Virus record (IMG/VR): IMGVR_UViG_3300020593_000139
Coordinates: 1 to 50,353 of that record
Direction: 5' to 3' (one strand)
Length of the DNA: 50,353 nt
Source of the DNA: a virus
Lineage: Duplodnaviria; Caudoviricetes
Below the pieces are notes generated by a model. The model was not told the origin of the DNA. It saw only the letters and a program-made list of their open reading frames with translations, and did not search any database. Positions 35,904 to 46,202 of the stretch are shown piece after piece. Made by a program: the position numbers and the translations under genes. The first letter of the stretch is position 1. Each line of letters begins with the position of its first letter.

Positions 35904-36617
35904 ATGGCTCGCGGTGCAACTCTAAGACAGCTGATCTCTGATTTGCGCGACGAGTTGCGCCGCACAAACGCGCCGTATGCGTCGCCAGACGAGACGCCTG
36001 TCCTGCGCAGGACGATCAACCACGTCTATCACCTGATGTACTACAAGCACGATTGGCCGTTCCTCAAGCATAGGTTCGCGCCGATCACGCTGAACGCTGG
36101 CCAGCGCTATTATGATCTGCCCGCTGGCCTCGACCCCGAGCATATCCTGACCGCCAAGGTCTTCTGGTCGGATCACTATACCGACATCTGCCGGGGGATC
36201 TCGTACGACGATTACAACATCCATGACCCGGAGCAGAACGAGCGCTCCAGTCCCGTGATGAAGTGGGATGTGACGTTCACCGGAACGAAGGAGCAGATCG
36301 AGGTCTGGCCGCTGCCGGACGGCGACGCGCAAAAGCTCCTGTTCGAAGGGGTTTACCGCCATCTGCCGCTGGTGGACGAGGACGACAGGTGCGCGCTCGA
36401 TAGTGAGCTTATCGTGCTGTACGCGGCTGCGGAGCTTCTTCAGGCGTACGACGCCAAGGACGCAGACGCCAAGCTCCAGATGGCCAACGAACTGCTGCGC
36501 CTGCTCAAGCTCAACTCAACCTCGGCTGGCGAGTCACAGGGGACGTTCCGGATTGGCCTGGGCGCGCAGGGGCCGGACAGGCCGCATCCACGAGCAGTCG
36601 TGAGGATCTCTAGGTAA
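35904..36617 (+). CDS. Head-to-tail adaptor protein
   Basis: HDWPFL, YDLPAGL, VWPLPD motifs and position. Confidence 0.72.
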   Translation: MARGATLRQLISDLRDELRRTNAPYASPDETPVLRRTINHVYHLMYYKHDWPFLKHRFAPITLNAGQRYYDLPAGLDPEHILTAKVFWSDHYTDICRGISYDDYNIHDPEQNERSSPVMKWDVTFTGTKEQIEVWPLPDGDAQKLLFEGVYRHLPLVDEDDRCALDSELIVLYAAAELLQAYDAKDADAKLQMANELLRLLKLNSTSAGESQGTFRIGLGAQGPDRPHPRAVVRISR

Positions 36618-38701
36618 TGGCCTACACAGTCATTTCCGATTTCAAGTACGGGCTGGATCGCCGCAGGCCGCAGAGTTCCGGCGTTCCCGGCACCCTATGG
36701 ATTGCCAAGAACTGCGTCATCACCCGTGGCGGTGACGTTGAGCGGATCAAGGACTTCGTGAAGGTCTTCGATCTGCCGGCTGGCAAGACCAAGGGCTTCT
36801 TTTCGGTCAAGGGCCAGCGGTACGTCTTCGGGCATGAAACCGCGCCGACTGGCATGCCTGTTGGCGTCATCTATCAGCGGCTGCAAGCACCGAGCAATGC
36901 GGCGCTGGTTCGTGTGCTCGACGCCAAGGCTTTCGATGGCAAGGTGTACGCCATCGCCCAGTTCGACGACGGCAACATTTACCACTACTACGACGGAACC
37001 CGCGTCTCGCAATGGGATCAGCTGGCCAAAGACGCCTTCACCTTTGAGACGGTTGCCGAGCATCTGGCCGTAATGATGGACGCCGACAACGCGGTTCGTG
37101 TTGAGGCAGCTGGCAACATCATCCAGATCACGGCGATCGAGCCGGGAACGGATTTCACGCTTTCCACCTCCACGTCGAATGGCACGACACCGACGAGCCC
37201 TGTGGCCACCGTCGCCACTGTGCAGGCGAATGTGGTGGAAGTGCCTGAAGTGCGCGCGGAAGGCACTGTAGAGATCACCGGTGGCTCCGCGTCCCCCGGC
37301 GTAAACCGCATCACGTCGGTTACGGTCGATAGCGTCGAACTGCTGTCCAAGGCGGTTGACTGGGTGCAGTCGGACGCGGCTACGGCGAACGCCCTGGCTG
37401 TTGAGATCAACAACAATTCGCACGTCCACAACTACCGCGCAGACGCCAGCGGCGCTGTTGTCACGATCACGGCTCCAGCCGGATCTGGCGCGACCGTAAA
37501 TGGCCACGTGGTGGCTGTCGGCGCGGCAGGCGATGTGACGGCGACGACTTCCAATCTCAGCGGCGGCGTAACCTACGTCGCGCCGCAGGCCAAGGTTGTC
37601 ACGGTTACGATCAGTGCGAACAACCTGCCAGACAGCTTTGATGCGTCGTGGACCATCACTTTGAACGGGGCAGACTACAAGACCACCGGCATGGCCTCGG
37701 CCACCGGCACCGTGGCGTTCGTCCATAAGAGCCGCGTGTATTCGGTCGCGGGATCTTTGCTCCGGTTCTGTAAGATCAACACCCCGAACGACTGGACGGA
37801 CGGCGACGCGAGCAGCGGCGCAGGCTTCATCAACATCTCCAACGAGGTTGATGGCGCAGCCACTCTGTTCGGCATGGCCGCGTACGGCGAGTATGTGGCC
37901 GTCTTCGCTCGCGAGGCCATCGTGATTTACCAGCTGATGGCCGACATCGAGGCCACCGAGCTTATCCAAGTGCTGGAGAACACGGGAACCTTCGCGCCGC
38001 GCTCGATCGTTTCCTATGGCGCAAACGACGTGTATTACCTCGACGAAACCGGAATCCGTTCGCTGCGCAGCCGCGATGTCACGGACTCGGCGTTCACGTC
38101 GGACGTGGGCAGCGCCATCGACCCGTTCATGCAGGAGATCTTCAACGAGGTCGGCGACTATGGCCGGTCGAGGGCGTGCGCCGCGATCGAAGCCGTGGAT
38201 GGCCGGTTCATGCTGGCCATCGGCAAGTACATCGTGATCCTGTCCTACTTCCCGTCATCCAAGATCGTGGCATGGAGCTACGTGGATTTCGGGCAGGAGA
38301 TCTCCGACATGGTGCGCGTCAAGCGACGCATTGAAGTCCGCACCGGCGACGAGATTTATGCGTACGGTGGCGTGTCTGGCCTCGAATACCCGGACGACGA
38401 GCATTTCCTGCCGGTGATCGAGACGCCGTTCATCGCTGCAAAGGACCCTGCTTCGCAGAAGGAACTTCTCGGCTTTGACATGGCTTCGCAGGGCGTCTGG
38501 AAGATCGAAGTCCTGATCGACCCCGACGACAAGACGAAGCTCGTCAACGCGGGCTACCTGTACGACACCACATATCAGCGGCTCTCCATGGGGCTGGTTG
38601 GCCATACTTCGCATTTCTCACTGCGGTTTACCTGCCAGTCTGAGGGATTTGCTTCGCTGTCTTCGACCGCAGTCCACCACGACACAACGGAATCCCGATG
38701 A
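36617..38701 (+). CDS. Podoviral tail nozzle/stabilisation protein with inserted beta-rich domain
   Basis: 694 aa beta-propeller-like composition; Thr/Val/Ala-rich insertion at about aa 150-360; follows the adaptor. Confidence 0.7.
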   Translation: MAYTVISDFKYGLDRRRPQSSGVPGTLWIAKNCVITRGGDVERIKDFVKVFDLPAGKTKGFFSVKGQRYVFGHETAPTGMPVGVIYQRLQAPSNAALVRVLDAKAFDGKVYAIAQFDDGNIYHYYDGTRVSQWDQLAKDAFTFETVAEHLAVMMDADNAVRVEAAGNIIQITAIEPGTDFTLSTSTSNGTTPTSPVATVATVQANVVEVPEVRAEGTVEITGGSASPGVNRITSVTVDSVELLSKAVDWVQSDAATANALAVEINNNSHVHNYRADASGAVVTITAPAGSGATVNGHVVAVGAAGDVTATTSNLSGGVTYVAPQAKVVTVTISANNLPDSFDASWTITLNGADYKTTGMASATGTVAFVHKSRVYSVAGSLLRFCKINTPNDWTDGDASSGAGFINISNEVDGAATLFGMAAYGEYVAVFAREAIVIYQLMADIEATELIQVLENTGTFAPRSIVSYGANDVYYLDETGIRSLRSRDVTDSAFTSDVGSAIDPFMQEIFNEVGDYGRSRACAAIEAVDGRFMLAIGKYIVILSYFPSSKIVAWSYVDFGQEISDMVRVKRRIEVRTGDEIYAYGGVSGLEYPDDEHFLPVIETPFIAAKDPASQKELLGFDMASQGVWKIEVLIDPDDKTKLVNAGYLYDTTYQRLSMGLVGHTSHFSLRFTCQSEGFASLSSTAVHHDTTESR

Positions 38702-39117
38702 TCATTCGAAAGCCCAAAGGCTGGTCTGACGTTGAATCCATCATGGCTCGGTTGTCTGACCAGCACCGTGACGAGTATTCCCGGCTCGGCTTCCCGAGCT
38801 ACGAGTTCAACAACAGGATGGCCGAGTTCCTGGCCAATAGCGAGATTGATGTTCTGGAGTTCGACGGCCAGCCACAGGCGTTACTGGCCATCCGCAGCGA
38901 TGGCCCGATCCCCACGACATGGCTCATGGTGACGACGGAGTTCTTCGAAAAAGCCATCGCTACTACCCGGATCTGCAAGAACTACATGAAAGCGGCGGGA
39001 GAAAAGTTCGGGCCTATACTGTCGGTCAGCCACGCCAGCCACCCGAAGATGGCCAAGTGGCTGAAAACAATCGGCTTTGAGCAGATCAACGACAAGGTTT
39101 TTCTATTCAGGGCGTGA
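38698..39117 (+). CDS. GNAT-like virion assembly protein (T7 gp13-like position)
   Basis: C-terminal KWLKTIGF motif; between nozzle and ejection genes. Confidence 0.65.
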   Translation: MIIRKPKGWSDVESIMARLSDQHRDEYSRLGFPSYEFNNRMAEFLANSEIDVLEFDGQPQALLAIRSDGPIPTTWLMVTTEFFEKAIATTRICKNYMKAAGEKFGPILSVSHASHPKMAKWLKTIGFEQINDKVFLFRA

Positions 39118-39134
39118 CTTTTTCACGCCCTTTT
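39109..39134 (+). terminator. Intrinsic terminator
   Basis: AGGGCGTGA-ctttt-TCACGCCCT-TTT. Confidence 0.7.
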
Positions 39135-39215
39135 GGTAAAAACGACTTTCAGCAAGCGTTACATCGCCGGAGTTCGCTGCGCCGGTTCTGTTAGAGATGA
39201 CGGAGCCGACTAACC

Positions 39216-40046
39216 ATGTGTGGTGGCGGCGGACACGAACCTTACAACGCATATAAGACCGGACACTTTAACCAGTGGAAACACCAGTTCGATAAGATCG
39301 CAGAACTCGAACTGGCTGTTGCTCGCGGTGAGATCTCCAAAGAGGCAGCAGATCGTCAGATAGCTACGATCAGGCAACAGGGCCTTATCTATCAACCTTC
39401 GGGCGGGGGTTGGAGTAGCCGACGCAGCCAGGATGCGCTGGAAAACCTTATCAAGCAAGATCCGAGCGCCGCGATGGAAATTCGCGAGTTGGCGCGCCAG
39501 CACAACGTCAACCTCGGCAAGATTGGCATTGATCAGGCGTTCTCCAAGTTCGGCGACGACTACTACCAGAAGTACCGGGATGACTACACCGGATACTACT
39601 TCCCGCAGCTGGACGAGCAGTACGACAAGGTGACGGACAAGATGACGGCGGCGCTGGCCGACCGTGGCATTCTGTCCTCGTCGATCAGCAGCAACAAGTT
39701 CGCCGATCTGGCCAAGGAACACTCCAAGGCTCGTACGAACATTTCGAACGAGGCGCTGGATGCGTCCAACAAGCTCCGCGCTCAGGTCGAGAATGCCAAG
39801 GGCAATCTCTATAGCCTGAACGAGGCATCTGCCGATCCGCAGGCGGTCAACGCCCAGGCCATCGGACAGGCGACTGCGCTTGTCGCACCGCCCGTCTATT
39901 CGCCGCTTGGCAACATCTTTGCCAGCGCGCTCGACGCTTTCGGCAACTACATGGCCGCGCGCCAGAACAGGCCGAACCCGTATCAGAACCAAGGTTACAC
40001 CAGTCCGTACCCATCAGGTTATGGCTCGGGTCGAGTAGTGAGGTAA
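39216..40046 (+). CDS. Probable internal virion/ejection protein
   Basis: MCGGGG start, helical Ala/Gln-rich; position. Confidence 0.65.
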   Translation: MCGGGGHEPYNAYKTGHFNQWKHQFDKIAELELAVARGEISKEAADRQIATIRQQGLIYQPSGGGWSSRRSQDALENLIKQDPSAAMEIRELARQHNVNLGKIGIDQAFSKFGDDYYQKYRDDYTGYYFPQLDEQYDKVTDKMTAALADRGILSSSISSNKFADLAKEHSKARTNISNEALDASNKLRAQVENAKGNLYSLNEASADPQAVNAQAIGQATALVAPPVYSPLGNIFASALDAFGNYMAARQNRPNPYQNQGYTSPYPSGYGSGRVVR

Positions 40047-40052
40047 GATAGC

Positions 40053-40739
40053 ATGTGTACGGGACTTGAACTGATCGGTCTGATCGCCGGCCCCGTGATG
40101 AGTGGCGTGGGCGCGGCGATCCAGCAGCGCGAAATGGCGCGCAATCAGCAGCGCATGGCTGAAGCCCGCAACAATGAGCTTCGCCGGACCCTTGCCAAGA
40201 ACGACGAGCTGGCCGCAAAGAGCCGTGACGTGTTCGAGGCCCGTAGGCGCGCGTCCGAAGGCCAGGAATTGGACAAGGCGGAGCAGGAAGCCAAAGACAA
40301 GCGTTCGCAGGAGCTTCAGGTCGCAGCAGAGCAGACGCCGGCACCGGCAGCGGACATCCCGCTGGCTGGCTCGACCCCGCAGGTCGTCCAGTCCGACATG
40401 GCCAAGCGCTTCCAGTCCGCCATCAATCAATCGAAGGATCAAGCCAACAAGCTCGGCATCCTCAGCGGCTATGGCGATATGTGGCTGAATCAGGGCTTTG
40501 CCGACGCACAGGCGGGCCGCGACCTTGGCATGTACTCGAACTTCGCGTCGGGCAACATGGCGCTGCTCCCGTACCAGCAGGATATTGCTGAAATGCGAGC
40601 CTACAAGCCGATCTCGCCGATCGGGGGAATCCTTCAGGGCGTCGGCGGCATGTTGGGCAGCTACGGTGGCGGGGGTGGCCTGCCCAAGCGCTCCTACACG
40701 TCGCCAACCTATTTCTCTAGCACTCCGGGGCTTTGGTAA
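40053..40739 (+). CDS. Probable internal virion/ejection protein
   Basis: MCTG plus hydrophobic N-terminus, coiled coil, Gly-rich C-terminus. Confidence 0.68.
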   Translation: MCTGLELIGLIAGPVMSGVGAAIQQREMARNQQRMAEARNNELRRTLAKNDELAAKSRDVFEARRRASEGQELDKAEQEAKDKRSQELQVAAEQTPAPAADIPLAGSTPQVVQSDMAKRFQSAINQSKDQANKLGILSGYGDMWLNQGFADAQAGRDLGMYSNFASGNMALLPYQQDIAEMRAYKPISPIGGILQGVGGMLGSYGGGGGLPKRSYTSPTYFSSTPGLW

Positions 40740-42379
40740 TGGTCAAGATCTTCCAAACTCCTAGTGGGCCGGACCCGATTGGCGCGGTTCTTCGGAACCT
40801 CGGCCAGCGGCTTTGGGGCGACCAGACGGGCAACGCCATCAGAGGTGAGCAGCTGTACGCGCTCCAGCGCGGCAACACGGAGATGGACAACCTCATGCGC
40901 CATATCGCCAACAACGGCGGTATGCAGGCGCTTGGTTCCGACCCGATCTTGCAGGCCACGGCCATCGGCGCGGGGTACGATCCGAAGCAGCTGGCGCAGT
41001 TCGGCCTCATGGGCGCGGCAACGCAGTTCGGCGCAACCGATCCGCGTACGCAGAACTGGCAGATCGGCGCAGGGCAGGGGTACGGAAACACCTTCGGCGC
41101 GTTCGACGCGACGCTGAAGGAGACGGCGCGCGCCAACGACCTGGCCAGCGCCGACCGCCGCTACAACGTGGACCGCAATTTCGAACTCGGCAAGTACACG
41201 CACGACAACCCGAGTGGCGCGGATCTCCTGACCGATCAGCGCGACCGGTGGAAGCACACCACGCTTGGGGCCGACGCGAAGTACCGTGTCGATGCCGACG
41301 TTGGACAGAAGCGGTACGAGTTCGATCAGGCGCTTGAGCCCGTCATGGGGCCTGATGGCCCGACCTTCGTGCCTCGTAGTCAGGTTGCAGGATCTGGCGC
41401 ACAGCCGATCCTGTCCGAGACGCAGCAGAGGGCGATGCTGCTCGGCCAGAACTTTGACAACCTCGGCGAACTCAACCCGTATCAGCAGTCGGCCCTCGGC
41501 GCTGGCGTGTCTGAGGCGAACGCTCGGGGCGGTCTGCTTCTGGATAACTGGGGCAACCTTGGCGAACTACCTGCGGCAGAGCGCGAGGTTCTTGGTGCTA
41601 ACCTGAAGGCCGACAGTGCGAGCGGGGTGAAGAACTACATCCTGCCGGACGGCACTGTTCTGCTTACCCGCGATGGCCAAACGGACATGCAGGGCAACCC
41701 GCTTCCTCCGGGCGGCTACCTCGGCACGGTCGAGGGCGGCGCGAAGGACGTTGGTGTTCTGACCAACGCGGCCACGACGGCGGTGCAGGAGCAGAAGCTG
41801 GCGATCCAGAAGTTCCGTGGCCTGTTGAACCTGACGCGTGAGGCAGCGCAGAAGGACCCGAGCAACTTCGGTCTTCCGGGCTTCATCAAGGGTACGGTCG
41901 CCGACCTAGCTTCGCTGGCCAACGGCGTCGCCAATGGCCTTGGCTACGAGGGTGCTGCGCAGGCTATCGATGATGCTCGCCAGCGGGCCGTGGCTCAGGG
42001 CATTTCGCCCAGTCTGATCTCCGGCCTGTTCGACGAAAATCTGGCCAGCCTGCACACGATCTCCGACCTCCTTGTGTACTCGGCAGCGGAAGCGCTCGCC
42101 GGTCAGTCTGGCCGCAGCGTCTCCGACAAGGACGTGAAGTACTTCAAGGACATCGTGGGGAACCCGCAGGACTGGATGATGAACCAAGAGCGGTTCCTAG
42201 CGAAGCTGAACATGCTGGAGAACATCGTCAACACGACGGGTAGCGTTCTGGACGAGGCGCTTTTCAACGGTGTTGCCCCCGGCCAGCCGGCTCCGAAGCA
42301 TGCACCAACACCGCAGCAGCCCGTATCGCCGCAGCAGCCGCGTAGGACCAGCACTGGGGTTATCTGGAGTATCGAATAA
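40739..42379 (+). CDS. Probable ejection (DNA transfer) protein
   Basis: ~546 aa Gly/Gln/Ala-rich, coupled to neighbouring genes. Confidence 0.65.
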   Translation: MVKIFQTPSGPDPIGAVLRNLGQRLWGDQTGNAIRGEQLYALQRGNTEMDNLMRHIANNGGMQALGSDPILQATAIGAGYDPKQLAQFGLMGAATQFGATDPRTQNWQIGAGQGYGNTFGAFDATLKETARANDLASADRRYNVDRNFELGKYTHDNPSGADLLTDQRDRWKHTTLGADAKYRVDADVGQKRYEFDQALEPVMGPDGPTFVPRSQVAGSGAQPILSETQQRAMLLGQNFDNLGELNPYQQSALGAGVSEANARGGLLLDNWGNLGELPAAEREVLGANLKADSASGVKNYILPDGTVLLTRDGQTDMQGNPLPPGGYLGTVEGGAKDVGVLTNAATTAVQEQKLAIQKFRGLLNLTREAAQKDPSNFGLPGFIKGTVADLASLANGVANGLGYEGAAQAIDDARQRAVAQGISPSLISGLFDENLASLHTISDLLVYSAAEALAGQSGRSVSDKDVKYFKDIVGNPQDWMMNQERFLAKLNMLENIVNTTGSVLDEALFNGVAPGQPAPKHAPTPQQPVSPQQPRRTSTGVIWSIE

Positions 42380-45300
42380 TGCCGACGCTCAACATCAACG
42401 GTCAGAGGGTGCAGGTTGATGAGAGTTTCCTGTCCCTCACCCCGGAGCAGCAGGAGGCAACGGTCAATGAGATCGCGCGTTCCCTCGGCGTGGTCGAAGA
42501 TCCTTCTGCTGCTCCGGCCCCGACTCCGCCGTCCGGCGACAACATGGCCGACTTCTTGGCTGGTTTCCCGGCTGAGTTCGGCGGGCAGGTTCCGGCCACG
42601 CCCGAGCCAGCTGCTGCGCCCAAGCCTGAAACGAACCTTATGACGGACACGGCCTACACGCTCCAGCGTGGCAACCGTGGCCTGGCCAATGCCATCGGCA
42701 TGCCGGTCGATCTGGCGACCGGTGCGCTGAACGTCGGCGCATGGGGTATCGACAAGCTGGCCGAAATGTTCGGCGGCAACATGGATTACCGCGTCAAGAA
42801 CCCGGTGATGGGGTCTGACTGGATCGCCGATCAGGTCAGCAAGCTTTACGAAAGCGCTGGCGGTACGGTTGTGCAGCCCGAGGACGTGTCTCAGGGCGCG
42901 CGGCTCGCCGGCACCGCTGCCGAGTTCGCCGGATCTGCGCTCCCCATCAGCATGGGTTTGGCCAGCGCGCCTGTTCAGCAGATGGTGCAGGCGGGCAGGG
43001 GCGGAACCATGCTGAAGGCACTAGCCGAGCCCTACGGAACCAACGCGGGCGCGACCATTACGCGCGACGCCGTGGCCGGCCTTGGCTCCGGCATGGCTGC
43101 GCAGGCCCATGACGACTTCCTTCCTGAAAGCGCTCAGTCGCCGATCGGCAAGGCGATCGCTGCACTCATTGGCGGCATCGGCGGCATGACTGCACTTAGC
43201 GCCGGGGAAGGTCTGGTGCGGGGCGGTGGCCGGATGCTCCGAAACATGCTTCCCGGAGCCGGCGACCAGAACGCGCCGGTCAACCCCGCAACTGGAAGGC
43301 GGTACTCCACGCAGGAAATGGATTTCGCGTCCAAGCTGATGCAGGACCAAGCGACCGACCGCTTCCGAGCAGCTGGAAACATTGATGAATCTCTTGACTT
43401 CTACAGGCAGTTCGCACGACCCGAGGAAATCCCGACCGTCGGCATGCTGGCCGATGACATCGGCCTGGCCATCGGTGAGAACCTTGCAAGAGCCAGGAAC
43501 CAGAAGCCGTTTGCCGAGCGCGATCACAGCCGCTTGGCCAAGGCATCGGATCTCGTCGATCGCACACGACCGCAGGGCGCTGATCAGCAGGCGTTCATTG
43601 ATCGCGGTACGCAGATGTATGACGAAACCCTTGGTGCTGCCCGTCAGCAGGTCGATGAGGCCATGGCTGCGCAGCAGGCGGCGCGCGATGACCTGATCCG
43701 CCAGAACGCGGAACTGGAAGCCTACAGGTCCAATCAGCAGCAGGTATCGTCCGCCCTGGCCGAGGACTTCGACGCGGCCCGTCGTGCCGCCCGTTCCGAG
43801 AAGAACACGCTCTATGAGGCGGCAGATCCGAAGACGCCAGTACGCGGAGACTTCCTGAAGGAAGCTGTGGACCGTATCGGCGCGCAAATGCCCGACGCCG
43901 AGAGGATGGCGCGCGGCCCGTATTCGGAAATCGAGCGCCGTATCCGCAGGTTGGTCGAGGTGATTGATCCCGAGACTGGCAAGGTCGTGACCAAGGATGT
44001 GACGTACGGCGACCTGAAGGCGCTGCGCGCACAGATCTCCGAGGCACGTAAGGCTGCGATCACCAATGCCGGCAGGTCTGCCGCAGGATCTGGCGCTGAC
44101 GTTGAGCGGCTCAACACGCTTGGCAGGATCGTTGGCCGGATGATGGACGAGATCAACCCGGACGCGGCCAGGTTCTATGCGGACGAGTACGCACCGCGCT
44201 TCAAGGAGGGCAGGGCCGGCGAGTACGGCGCTGCGATGGATCGAGCCGTCAACACCGGTGGCGAGAGCAGCGCAACGCGCGACAGCCAGTTCGCCGAAAA
44301 GTTCCTGCGGCATCCCGAAGACTCGGCCAGCCTGCGCAGGGCGCTCACACCGATCGCAAGGGATGTGGACAACGCGCTTCCCGGCCCGGATGGTGCGACC
44401 CCGGCTCCGCGTCCGACTGGCCCGGATGCCAAGGTTGAGCAGAACGTCACGGAATGGATGCTCGGCGATCTGGCCAAGTCTGGCGTACTGACCGACAAGG
44501 CGGAACTCCGGTACGATCGCTTCCGGCAGTGGGTGGACCGCAACCGCGAGACGATCAACCAGTGGCCGGAACTGGCCAAGCGTGTCGATCAGGAACTGGC
44601 CAACGCGCAGCGTGGCGGCGCACTGTCGAAGCAGCTGGCCGAGGATGTGAAGCGAGCCAAGGAGAACCTTGGCATGACGGAGCGCGACCTTCGCCTGTCT
44701 GCGCTGCATCACACGATCGGCACGGAGCCCGTGATCGCTGTCGGGTCCATCATCGGTGGCAAGAACCCGAGCAGGCACATGGCCGAACTCGTTGACCGCT
44801 TCAAAGGCGACGACGAGGCGCTGAAGGGCCTGAAGGACGCCACGATCGAATGGATGAAGCAGGAGGCTGGTCTGAAGCGCGCGCTCACTGGCCACGACGA
44901 CGCGGCGCGTCTGTCTGCTGCCAAGATCGAGGGCCTGTTCCAGAAGCACGAGGACACGCTGGCCAAGCTGTTCACTCCGGATGAAATGAACAGCCTTCGT
45001 CAGGCCCGCAAGCTCGTCGCCGACGCGCAGAAGCTGGACATTAAGACGACTGGCGGCTCGAACACCTACGACAAGTTCATGGCCGCGCAGAACGAAACGC
45101 AGCGCAAGCAGTGGCGCGTTCTGGAAGCGGCCCTGAAGGCGCGGTACGGCGTTCTGAAGGGTGGCGGTGTGTTCCGCACCATTCGCCTGTTCGCAGAGTC
45201 GCTCACCGATCGTCCGGACGCCATCAGCGATATCCTGCTGGAGGCGCAGTTCAACCCTGATCTGGCTCGGCACCTGCTGACGAGGGATGTTGCGCATCTG

Positions 45301-45399
45301 AACTCGCCAGACTGGAACAAGCAGCTGAACAGGCTCTTGGCCGCAACGATCGGTGGACGTGAATCTGGCCGGTCAGACGAGGAGCCGCAAAACCAATAA
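42379..45399 (+). CDS. Large ejection (DNA transfer) protein
   Basis: 1006 aa helical protein with Gly-rich hydrophobic segments; last of the ejection block. Confidence 0.7.
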   Translation: MPTLNINGQRVQVDESFLSLTPEQQEATVNEIARSLGVVEDPSAAPAPTPPSGDNMADFLAGFPAEFGGQVPATPEPAAAPKPETNLMTDTAYTLQRGNRGLANAIGMPVDLATGALNVGAWGIDKLAEMFGGNMDYRVKNPVMGSDWIADQVSKLYESAGGTVVQPEDVSQGARLAGTAAEFAGSALPISMGLASAPVQQMVQAGRGGTMLKALAEPYGTNAGATITRDAVAGLGSGMAAQAHDDFLPESAQSPIGKAIAALIGGIGGMTALSAGEGLVRGGGRMLRNMLPGAGDQNAPVNPATGRRYSTQEMDFASKLMQDQATDRFRAAGNIDESLDFYRQFARPEEIPTVGMLADDIGLAIGENLARARNQKPFAERDHSRLAKASDLVDRTRPQGADQQAFIDRGTQMYDETLGAARQQVDEAMAAQQAARDDLIRQNAELEAYRSNQQQVSSALAEDFDAARRAARSEKNTLYEAADPKTPVRGDFLKEAVDRIGAQMPDAERMARGPYSEIERRIRRLVEVIDPETGKVVTKDVTYGDLKALRAQISEARKAAITNAGRSAAGSGADVERLNTLGRIVGRMMDEINPDAARFYADEYAPRFKEGRAGEYGAAMDRAVNTGGESSATRDSQFAEKFLRHPEDSASLRRALTPIARDVDNALPGPDGATPAPRPTGPDAKVEQNVTEWMLGDLAKSGVLTDKAELRYDRFRQWVDRNRETINQWPELAKRVDQELANAQRGGALSKQLAEDVKRAKENLGMTERDLRLSALHHTIGTEPVIAVGSIIGGKNPSRHMAELVDRFKGDDEALKGLKDATIEWMKQEAGLKRALTGHDDAARLSAAKIEGLFQKHEDTLAKLFTPDEMNSLRQARKLVADAQKLDIKTTGGSNTYDKFMAAQNETQRKQWRVLEAALKARYGVLKGGGVFRTIRLFAESLTDRPDAISDILLEAQFNPDLARHLLTRDVAHLNSPDWNKQLNRLLAATIGGRESGRSDEEPQNQ

Positions 45400-45476
45400 C
45401 ATAAGCAAGTAATCTTGCTTTTTGTGTTGGATTTTGCGAAGAATTGTAGATCCAACAACACGTTAACGGTACTGGA

Positions 45477-46202
45477 ATGGCTGCTGGAAATTTCGAAAAG
45501 TGCCACGCCGTTACTGCCAAATGGGAAGGCGGATGGAGCAACCATCCCGCCGATCCCGGCGGCAAAACCATGTACGGCATCACCGAGGCCGTGTACCACG
45601 CATGGCTCAAGAGCAAGGGCAAGGCCCCTAAGCCTGTCCGCAACATCACCATGGCCGAAGCCAAGCAGATTTACCGCACCAACTACTGGAATGCGGTCAA
45701 CGCCGAGCGGCTCGCTCCCGGCGTGGATCTCGCCACATATGACGCAGCGGTCAACAGCGGTCCCGGTCGGGCCAAGCAGTGGCTGATGGCATCGATCGGC
45801 GGGCCAGATGACCAGACGGTGAAGAACATCTGCAAGAGGCGTCTCAGCTTCGTGCAGGGTCTTTCGACGTGGAAGACCTTCGGCAAGGGATGGCTCAACC
45901 GGATCACCGATATTGAGGCAACGGGCGTCAAGTGGGCGCTGGAGGCTCAGGGCAAGAGCCAGGCCGAGGTGAAGCAGGAACTCAACAAGGAAGCCCAGTC
46001 GGCAGCGAAGAAGTCTGCTGCGCAGGCCGGTGGTGGTGCCGTTGCCGGTGGATCGGCGATATCGCCCGAGGCTGCTGATCAGGTGGCTGGCTCGATCATC
46101 GGTGGCCTGATCTTCGTCGGCATCCTCATCGCCGCGTTCCTTATCTTCCGCGCCGTCATCAACAAGCGCCGCGAGAAGGCATACCGGGAGGCGGCAGCAT
46201 GA
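45477..46202 (+). CDS. Endolysin, glycoside hydrolase family 108, with C-terminal TM helix
   Basis: EGGWSNHPADPGGKTMYGIT, YW, DAAVNSG, FGKGWLNR; TM IIGGLIFVGILIAAFLIF. Confidence 0.9.
   Translation: MAAGNFEKCHAVTAKWEGGWSNHPADPGGKTMYGITEAVYHAWLKSKGKAPKPVRNITMAEAKQIYRTNYWNAVNAERLAPGVDLATYDAAVNSGPGRAKQWLMASIGGPDDQTVKNICKRRLSFVQGLSTWKTFGKGWLNRITDIEATGVKWALEAQGKSQAEVKQELNKEAQSAAKKSAAQAGGGAVAGGSAISPEAADQVAGSIIGGLIFVGILIAAFLIFRAVINKRREKAYREAAA

Noticed and set aside
43021-45297. 758-aa minus-strand ORF, and similar long antisense ORFs at 33358-35382, 29088-30770, 25897-27252, 31367-32689, 36695-37969 and 18413-19471
   Set aside because: Shadow frames of high-GC coding genes on the opposite strand; no motifs or SDs, and fully overlapped by well-supported genes
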